Shown in pieces: positions 38,653 to 42,677 of a DNA stretch of 42,677 nt. Position 1 is the first letter of the stretch. Every line of letters starts with the position of its first letter. The translations under genes were made by a program, and so were the position numbers. The DNA lies in IMG/VR virus record IMGVR_UViG_3300035530_000066, positions 1 through 42,677 of that record, one strand, 5' to 3'. Below the pieces are notes generated by a model. The model had not been told where the DNA came from and searched no databases. It saw only the letters and a program-made list of their open reading frames with translations. The DNA is from a virus (lineage: Duplodnaviria; Caudoviricetes).

Positions 38653-39018
38653 TTATCCTCGCGTTAATGCGAAGATACGAAACTCCGACATGTTGCCGGA
38701 AATTTCGACTTCGAAAAACCCAGTTTCCTCATCCATACAATCAATGGGGAGTTCCTCTTCCTCCCCATCCTCGCTCTTGACGAGGATGTTAAAATTTGTG
38801 CGCTGATTGATGAGCGAAGGCTTTACCCAGCCTTCTACTCGAATCAGTCCTTGGAGTGGGAGCGGAATAATATCCTCAACCTCGACTAACTCCACCCTAC
38901 TTTGGGCGGAGTCAGTTAGGTTTCGGATAAGTAAAGCTCGCCCTGAATCTCCATAGACTAACCTTCCCCCCAGCCTGCACTGCTCAATATCATAATCTAC
39001 GTCGTGAATCATATACAT
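38653..39018 (-). CDS. Small acidic hypothetical protein (putative early gene)
   Basis: 121 aa, GGAGG RBS, duplicated leader, hairpin at 38601-38636 downstream. Confidence 0.8.
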   Translation of the reverse strand: MYMIHDVDYDIEQCRLGGRLVYGDSGRALLIRNLTDSAQSRVELVEVEDIIPLPLQGLIRVEGWVKPSLINQRTNFNILVKSEDGEEEELPIDCMDEETGFFEVEISGNMSEFRIFALTRG

Positions 39019-39105
39019 AATGCACCTCCAGGTTTGATAAGTTATAATTTAAGAATATAGTAATATATTTTGAATTGCCTCACTATATTAGGCAATAAAA
39101 ATTTG
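39013..39105 (-). repeat. Duplicated leader, copy 1 (promoter motif, pseudoknot, RBS)
   Basis: Direct repeat of 39356-39448 (offset 343); ATACATAATGCACCTCCA is identical in both; TATATTAC at 39060-39067. Confidence 0.85.
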
Positions 39106-39142
39106 GGGGGAGAATCCTAATATATAAGGATCCCCCCGAGGT

Positions 39143-39361
39143 TTAGCATGTCCAAAACGCTACCCTGACGTGGATAGCATCTACGGGCCGAACAACAATG
39201 CCTCCGCGAGGACATAGCTCACGGATGAGGGTGCCCTCTTCACCTTCATCCGTACATTCCTCAAACATATCATCCATAAGTGGACGATATGTCTCCTCAC
39301 CATATACAAAACTTCCGTTACGATCTACCTCTACTACCTTTTCGTTATATTCTACATACAT
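39143..39361 (-). CDS. Small acidic hypothetical protein (putative early gene)
   Basis: 72 aa, GGAGG RBS, duplicated leader, GC-rich hairpin at about 39105-39137 downstream. Confidence 0.8.
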   Translation of the reverse strand: MYVEYNEKVVEVDRNGSFVYGEETYRPLMDDMFEECTDEGEEGTLIRELCPRGGIVVRPVDAIHVRVAFWTC

Positions 39362-39448
39362 AATGCACCTCCAAGTTTAATAAGTTCTATTAGGAGAATA
39401 TGGTGATATACTTTAAACTGTCTCACCACACTAGACATTGAAATTTTG
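39356..39448 (-). repeat. Duplicated leader, copy 2
   Basis: Direct repeat of 39013-39105; TATATCAC lies at the same 42-nt spacing from the ATG. Confidence 0.85.
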
Positions 39449-39569
39449 TAAAACTTTAATTAAACCGCTTTGATTTTTACACCAGCGGCAAGGTGCAGAT
39501 AGTAGTCTCAAGCAGTATCTTAGGATACCTCGACATGACCTATCGTCGGCTAATGATCCAATCTATGGA

Positions 39570-39836
39570 TTACCAATCCATATCGATTACATCACCATCC
39601 ACATAATCGGGATGGTGGGATGCAACCACGACTGCGCCAATCCGAGGATCGTATGTACATACGACACTGGCGGCGGAGCCGTGAGCGATATGGAAAGCCA
39701 TTCCATATCTCCATACAGGACCACGACCACCGATAACCACAATATCACCTTTGGACATTTGTGGCATATTTGGTATCGGATCTGTAGGAGCGATTGGACC
39801 ATCAACACCGATATCCCACTTTACGATATCAGGCAT
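39570..39836 (-). CDS. csx3: Csx3/Crn3-family cyclic oligoadenylate ring nuclease homologue
   Basis: VVIGGRGPVWRYG.AFH.AH....V.TYDPRIGAVVVASH matches the Csx3 signature (GRGPIWLY...H..H...YDPRLGAVVV.SH); AAGGAG RBS. Confidence 0.88.
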   Translation of the reverse strand: MPDIVKWDIGVDGPIAPTDPIPNMPQMSKGDIVVIGGRGPVWRYGMAFHIAHGSAASVVCTYDPRIGAVVVASHHPDYVDGDVIDMDW

Positions 39837-39933
39837 GATAGACTCTCCTTAAAGATCTTTCGTACTCGAATAACCCTAAGATTATTCAATTAAAAGATCA
39901 TAAGTTAAAGATTATAGTACATATATTACAAAA

Positions 39934-39946
39934 ATAATATATATCT
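39934..39946 (-). promoter_or_regulatory. Putative early promoter for csx3 (AGATATATATTAT)
   Basis: Same 13-mer as at 32666, 98 nt upstream of the csx3 ATG. Confidence 0.55.
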
Positions 39947-40018
39947 ATATATGTTTGAATAGCTTTTATCGACAATGATATAAGCATAAATTATTAATTT
40001 TAATAAGAGGAATTTAGT

Positions 40019-40375
40019 ATGGAAAAGAAAAAATTTTTATATGTATTATCTTGTAGTAGTGATAATGTAAGTAGAGCAACTCGATGTTTTCAATTTGCTC
40101 GAGTATCTCAAGAACATGGACATGATACTCATGTGTTCTTAGTTGATGATGCTGTAAGTATTTGTAATCCAGAATTGGTATCCAGAATCCATGCACCAAC
40201 TGGAGATTCTTTAGAAGATCATTTGTCTGCATATATGCTTGGAAGTGGAAAAGTATGGGTATGTACTCCGTGTGCCAAAAATAGGAATATTACAAATATC
40301 CCTGACGGATTTGAACTAAGTACAGCTCATAAGTATTTAGAATTGGCAGCTGAACGTGAAGTTATTTCTTTCTAA
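40019..40375 (+). CDS. DsrE/DsrF-like family protein
   Basis: RA...F.FA, GH...VFLVDDAV, VWVCTPCA..R.I, LA.E..VISF; 118 aa. Confidence 0.85.
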   Translation: MEKKKFLYVLSCSSDNVSRATRCFQFARVSQEHGHDTHVFLVDDAVSICNPELVSRIHAPTGDSLEDHLSAYMLGSGKVWVCTPCAKNRNITNIPDGFELSTAHKYLELAAEREVISF

Positions 40376-40393
40376 ATTTATAAAATAGGTTAT

Positions 40394-41437
40394 GTGACTA
40401 TGGAATCCATACTACCTATCCGATTCCAATATATTCTTCATATGGTAGGGTGTTTATTTATACTATTTCAATTTTTGCATATCGGGTTAAAACCTAGATA
40501 TATTCAAAAAATTGTATATGGGATGTATTGGTGGATTGTAACATATCTTGGTCTATATAGTGGATATATATTTGTAACTTATTATAGCGGAAATGCGCAG
40601 ATAGCTAAATTGGGATATTATTATTTAGTATTTTTATCAGGATTATCTATATCACTATCTATATTTACAACAATCAAAATTATCAAACAAAAAATATATA
40701 AGTTAGTATTATTAGATTTTTGGATACTAATAATTTTATTAACTGGATTATCATTAATACAATTAGATCAATCGATAGGGTTATTAGGAAAATCCTACAA
40801 TCCACTCACTTGGTGGATACCTATGTTTTGTAAACATACCTCTCTAATTTTATATTTAACAATTTGGTGGTTTATAAATTGGGAATTAGATAATGGTTAT
40901 ATTTGTTGTAGTATAAAAAAGACCATGTCTGCTCCCGTTGTAGTAGTTTGGATGTACATTCTATGTTTAATTATTCCTATATTTCAAGTACCCTTATCTA
41001 TATTTAGAGTAGGTCTTACTACTATACACAACTACCAAGCTCCAACCACAGTAACTCCAATATTAAGTTTTTTATGGTCACCAATGTTTTCAGTATTACT
41101 AATCTGGATACTGTTGCGATTTTTCATGAAATATAATAACTATGTCATAATGAATAAGAATAGATTTTACTACACAACTAATATAAATCTATATTGGATA
41201 TTTATATCCTATTTTGTCGGAATAATATCAGCTATATTTATAAGCTATGTAGGAAATGCTCTTAATTGGAATATTCATTTTTCTATGATAGTTTGTATAA
41301 TCATATTTACTATTACACATATGCTTGAACGTACAATTGGTGCAAGTAATTCTAAATATATACGACCTACTTCTTATGGGTGGACTTTAGGTTGTGGTAT
41401 GTTTACATCTTATGTCCTATTATCCTATTCATTATAA
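40394..41437 (+). CDS. Polytopic membrane protein
   Basis: About 9-10 hydrophobic segments over 347 aa; no recognisable soluble domain. Confidence 0.75.
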   Translation: MTMESILPIRFQYILHMVGCLFILFQFLHIGLKPRYIQKIVYGMYWWIVTYLGLYSGYIFVTYYSGNAQIAKLGYYYLVFLSGLSISLSIFTTIKIIKQKIYKLVLLDFWILIILLTGLSLIQLDQSIGLLGKSYNPLTWWIPMFCKHTSLILYLTIWWFINWELDNGYICCSIKKTMSAPVVVVWMYILCLIIPIFQVPLSIFRVGLTTIHNYQAPTTVTPILSFLWSPMFSVLLIWILLRFFMKYNNYVIMNKNRFYYTTNINLYWIFISYFVGIISAIFISYVGNALNWNIHFSMIVCIIIFTITHMLERTIGASNSKYIRPTSYGWTLGCGMFTSYVLLSYSL

Positions 41438-41440
41438 AAA

Positions 41441-41476
41441 ATATAGTAGAGTCTCTCCTAAGAGACTCTACTATAT
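41441..41476. terminator. Bidirectional terminator
   Basis: ATATAGTAGAGTCTCT-ccta-AGAGACTCTACTATAT between convergent genes. Confidence 0.8.
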
Positions 41477-41478
41477 CT

Positions 41479-41766
41479 CTACTTTCTATTTGCTCTTCTG
41501 GCTTTACGAGCCAATTTATTCTTCTGTCTTCGAATTAAAGTAGCTTTATCTTTAGGAATTTTAGTTTGGCGGGTTTTGCGATTTATCCCCTGATGACCTT
41601 TTCGATATTGATCCAAAACTTTTCCAAATTCTTCCCCCTCCATAATGCTTTTAGTAAAAGCATCAAACTCCTCTTTGTCGGGTTTATCGATAACTTTTTC
41701 TTCACCTACGACATCTTCAACTACCTCTAACTCCTTTACATCATCTACACTTTTAGTATCATCCAT
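41479..41766 (-). CDS. Hypothetical protein with acidic N-terminus and basic C-terminus
   Basis: 95 aa, AAGGAG RBS. Confidence 0.75.
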   Translation of the reverse strand: MDDTKSVDDVKELEVVEDVVGEEKVIDKPDKEEFDAFTKSIMEGEEFGKVLDQYRKGHQGINRKTRQTKIPKDKATLIRRQKNKLARKARRANRK

Positions 41767-41788
41767 TCTAAACTTTCTCCTTACAAGT

Positions 41789-42274
41789 TTATATATCTAA
41801 CAATACAACTTTAATATCTTTTTTAACTCCAAACAATTTCGCTCGATCTAAACTCCACATAAATACATCAATTCGATCTGTCCATCGCTCATTCATAACA
41901 TCTGTAATTGTAAATATACCTATTTGATCTATATATATTTTTTTACCATAAGTCCATCCTTCCCAAAACAAATTCCTACTTACAGCTACACAACCTTCTC
42001 GTACTCGTAGACCACTAGCTGTAATATATGGGTCATCATCACATTCTATCTTCCTAGGAGTATAAGCACTCACTACTACAGTCCGTTGTGTATATGTAAC
42101 TAATAAATATTTCACTAACTCATAACACTGATCACCTGCTCGCTTATAACCATCCCGCTCGATGCGAGTTATCTCCAATTTGTGTTTTAGTTCAGAATTG
42201 ATATTAAGTGTGTCAACATGACGCACCAACAGAATACAACCAAGTATACAAATTATTATAGTTACGTATTTCAT
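41789..42274 (-). CDS. 3D-domain (MltA/Sps-like) peptidoglycan-lytic protein with N-terminal membrane anchor
   Basis: VSAYT, ITASG, VAVS, TDVM, RIDVF; hydrophobic N-terminus. Confidence 0.82.
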   Translation of the reverse strand: MKYVTIIICILGCILLVRHVDTLNINSELKHKLEITRIERDGYKRAGDQCYELVKYLLVTYTQRTVVVSAYTPRKIECDDDPYITASGLRVREGCVAVSRNLFWEGWTYGKKIYIDQIGIFTITDVMNERWTDRIDVFMWSLDRAKLFGVKKDIKVVLLDI

Positions 42275-42300
42275 TATTAGATATTCCCATTATGTAAATT

Positions 42301-42675
42301 TTATTGTATGGTCATAATAATCGGTTCAATAAACTCAACTTGGGATGACAAGTATGTAACTTCGTAATCAGCAGTATCAATATATTCAGTATATACTACA
42401 TCGCCGAAATGTTTAAATATAAAGATATCAATAGCTTGAATAAAAGAATCAAGTGGAGTATGATCATCTCTAAGTGAAATTCTACAAGTCAATTGTGAAT
42501 CAGAAATATCTTTATTAGTAAAAAGATGTACAGTCCCTAGTTGTACATTAAAAATAGCTAAATGGAATTCACTTAAGTTCTCTGAAGCATCCATAGAGAT
42601 ATGAAATATTTGATCCTCTACAGATATAGAAAAAGTAGCTTGCAGTCTATTTAACCCAAACTCTTTACATAACGA
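42301..42675 (-). CDS. Hypothetical protein, partial (frame open to window end)
   Basis: The frame continues upstream of the ORF-track ATG (SLCKEFGLNRLQATFSISVEDQIFHISMDASE...). Confidence 0.65.
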   Translation of the reverse strand, partial: SLCKEFGLNRLQATFSISVEDQIFHISMDASENLSEFHLAIFNVQLGTVHLFTNKDISDSQLTCRISLRDDHTPLDSFIQAIDIFIFKHFGDVVYTEYIDTADYEVTYLSSQVEFIEPIIMTIQ

Positions 42676-42677
42676 GG

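Noticed and set aside
39013-39448. CRISPR array near csx3
   Set aside because: Only two ~93-bp degenerate repeats separated by a whole gene; no repeat-spacer periodicity and no cas genes.
39612-39893. Plus-strand 93-aa ORF and the alternative minus-frame ORF 39587..39808
   Set aside because: Both overlap the csx3 frame, which carries the family motifs and the RBS.
1-42677. Genome-wide stop codon reassignment
   Set aside because: Long genes are intact under the standard code, and TAA, TAG and TGA all end well-supported genes.

Overview
This AT-rich 42.7 kb segment comes from a phiKZ-like jumbo phage (Chimalliviridae-like; no shell gene lies in the window). Core genes are a RecA/UvsX-like recombinase, a DnaB-like helicase / acidic protein / major capsid trio, RuvC, the exonuclease plus motif-A half of a split family B DNA polymerase, and SbcC/Rad50. 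There is also a block of paralogous fibre and virion genes (4-20 kb), dCMP deaminase, ThyX, spanins and a 3D-domain muralytic protein. An accessory region (34.8-41.4 kb) carries a macrodomain, a DHH-DHHA1 phosphoesterase, a DsrE-like protein and a Csx3/Crn3 ring-nuclease homologue. Four things stand out. (1) A stand-alone csx3 behind an early-type promoter motif is a candidate anti-type III CRISPR enzyme. (2) A start-less, intact 74-codon cassette (36495-36719, minus) is homologous to the DUF1566-like domain inside the 1257-aa virion protein about 18.5 kb away. (3) Two duplicated leaders contain a 41-nt H-type pseudoknot supported by compensatory base changes. (4) A recurring TATATTAY promoter motif and long palindromic terminators occur throughout. 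All calls come from motif recognition by eye; no searches were run.
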